A stretch of DNA of 63,006 nucleotides, the filler included, from Octopus bimaculoides (taxonomy: Eukaryota): the NCBI RefSeq assembly GCF_001194135.2. It is 6 parts of 5 records of this genome, joined end to end, with 100 filler letters (N's around TTAATTAATTAA, not from the genome) between each part and the next. Parts side by side here need not be neighbours in the genome. Positions count along the whole stretch, not along the records: positions 60,770 to 63,006 come from NC_069002.1; 5 more parts are not named here. One strand, 5' to 3'. This document shows, piece by piece, positions 60,966-63,006 of the stretch (position 1 is its first letter; every line of letters begins with the position of its first letter). The notes under the pieces were generated by a model. The model was not told the origin of the DNA. It worked only from the letters and a program-made list of their open reading frames with translations, and did not search any database. Position numbers and translations under genes: made by a program.

Positions 60966-63006
60966 CTAATGAGAGGGAAGTAGCTAGTAGATAGAGAAGG
61001 CCCTTACTTCTAGGTTTGTCACGTTTGTCCGTCTGTGTCTCGTAACTGATATCGGAGTGTCTGCTTCACTCGACCAACCCTAATCGGAGCTGTACCTCAT
61101 TCCCATTGTCAACATTGTCACAAACCCCATCCGATGATGACGATTGTGGAAACTAAACCGGAGACCTATTTTATATCTGTCTTCTCCAGACATAAACCCA
61201 CAGCCAGACACCACTCTTATTTTACTCCTAACTCCTATGTATTTGTTATAGCCTTTGCTGTTGTTGTTGTTGATGGTGGTTAGGGTTTTGGTGGTAACCT
61301 TTTCGTCGTTCTTTTTCTTCTTTCTTAATTCGCCTTTGCGTCTTAAATCTCTTCTCTGAGGCTCGTACACACACACACACACGCAAACACACAAACGTAC
61401 ACACACACACACGCACGTACACACACAAACACACACACACATATACATGCACACACATATACACGAGCACACACATACATCCTATATAAGTATANNNNNN
61501 NNNNNNNNNNNNNNNNNNNNNNNNNNNNNNNNNNNNNNNNNNNNNNNNNNNNNNNNNNNNNNNNNNNNNNNNNNNNNNNNNNNNNNNNNNNNNNNNNNNN
61601 NNNNNNNNNNNNNNNNNNNNNNNNNNNNNNNNNNNNNNNNNNNNNNNNNNNNNNNNNNNNNNNNNNNNNNNNNNNNNNNNNNNNNNNNNNNNNNNNNNNN
61701 NNNNNNNNNNNNNNNNNNNNNNNNNNNNNNNNNNNNNNNNNNNNNNNNNNNNNNNNNNNNNNNNNNNNNNNNNNNNNNNNNNNNNNNNNNNNNNNNNNNN
61801 NNNNNNNNNNNNNNNNNNNNNNNNNNNNNNNNNNNNNNNNNNNNNNNNNNNNNNNNNNNNNNNNNNNNNNNNNNNNNNNNNNNNNNNNNNNNNNNNNNNN
61901 NNNNNNNNNNNNNNNNNNNNNNNNNNNNNNNNNNNNNNNNNNNNNNNNNNNNNNNNNNNNNNNNNNNNNNNNNNNNNNNNNNNNNNNNNNNNNNNNNNNN
62001 NNNNNNNNNNNNNNNNNNNNNNNNNNNNNNNNNNNNNNNNNNNNNNNNNNNNNNNNNNNNNNNNNNNNNNNNNNNNNNNNNNNNNNNNNNNNNNNNNNNN
62101 NNNNNNNNNNNNNNNNNNNNNNNNNNNNNNNNNNNNNNNNNNNNNNNNNNNNNNNNNNNNNNNNNNNNNNNNNNNNNNNNNNNNNNNNNNNNNNNNNNNN
62201 NNNNNNNNNNNNNNNNNNNNNNNNNNNNNNNNNNNNNNNNNNNNNNNNNNNNNNNNNNNNNNNNNNNNNNNNNNNNNNNNNNNNNNNNNNNNNNNNNNNN
62301 NNNNNNNNNNNNNNNNNNNNNNNNNNNNNNNNNNNNNNNNNNNNNNNNNNNNNNNNNNNNNNNNNNNNNNNNNATATATGCACATACACATGTATGTATG
62401 TATGTATATATGCAGAGAGGGAGGGAGAAGGAGGGAGAGAGAGGGAAAGAGAGAAAGAGAGAGAGAGAGAGAGACAGGCTGGTAAGTCGACAGACATATT
62501 ACCTTTCATTTACGAACTCTCGAATATATACATATATGTATGTATGTATGTTTGTATGTATGTATGCATGTATATAAATCAATATGTGAACCGTGTATAA
62601 AGGAAAGCTAAACAGCGAGCATACAAGACCCTGCACTCCAATGGAAAACAAAACCCACGGCTAAAGTGATCACAAACAAACCGAAGGAAAAAAAGAAGAC
62701 AAAGAGACAGGATCTAATTTGCTGGTTTGTTTTTCTGTGTTTCCGGGTACAAAGTATTTCATTTGTATCGCTGTAAATAAATGATTATTGGACAATCAAT
62801 TCGACCGAGCTCAGGTTGGCATTGCTCCTTGTAGAGGGGATTATTTATAGTCCAGTCTGCTCGAGATGTCATTAATCTGTCTGTTATATTTAGGGCACAG
62901 CTTACTTGTTTAGAAAATGATGAGTGTGGTTTGGTTGTTTGGTTGTTTGGTCGTGTTTTTCTCCTTGTCCTGGTCTTTGTATTTGAGCCTTTGTGTACAC
63001 GCATAT

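Overview
Repeat-rich, gap-ridden animal genomic DNA, most likely an octopus or other coleoid cephalopod (inferred from the tRNA-derived SINE families and microsatellite load). The window is not one locus. Five identical 100-bp synthetic spacers (44 N + TTAATTAATTAA + 44 N) join six separate scaffolds: 1-12202, 12303-38483, 38584-44316, 44417-55786, 55887-60669 and 60770-63006. The only confidently identified host gene is the last four coding exons of very-long-chain acyl-CoA dehydrogenase (ACADVL, + strand, 12893-16780). The rest is transposon-derived: Penelope-like elements (RT and GIY-YIG fragments), three R4/Dong-like RLE LINE fragments, two RTE LINE fragments, a Tx1/L1-like LINE, a decayed Gypsy-like element, several SINE families, MITE/foldback elements and a ~6.8-kb CpG-lattice (TTCG/TACG) satellite. 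Most long ORFs in the track are microsatellite or N-gap artefacts. The main unexplained signal is eight minimal type I hammerhead ribozyme motifs from about six unrelated families, each with a palindromic helix III. They include a tRNA-headed SINE carrying a hammerhead tail, a Penelope-linked family with a non-canonical CUGUGGA core, and a hammerhead in the loop of a long foldback element. No catalytic activity can be shown from sequence alone.
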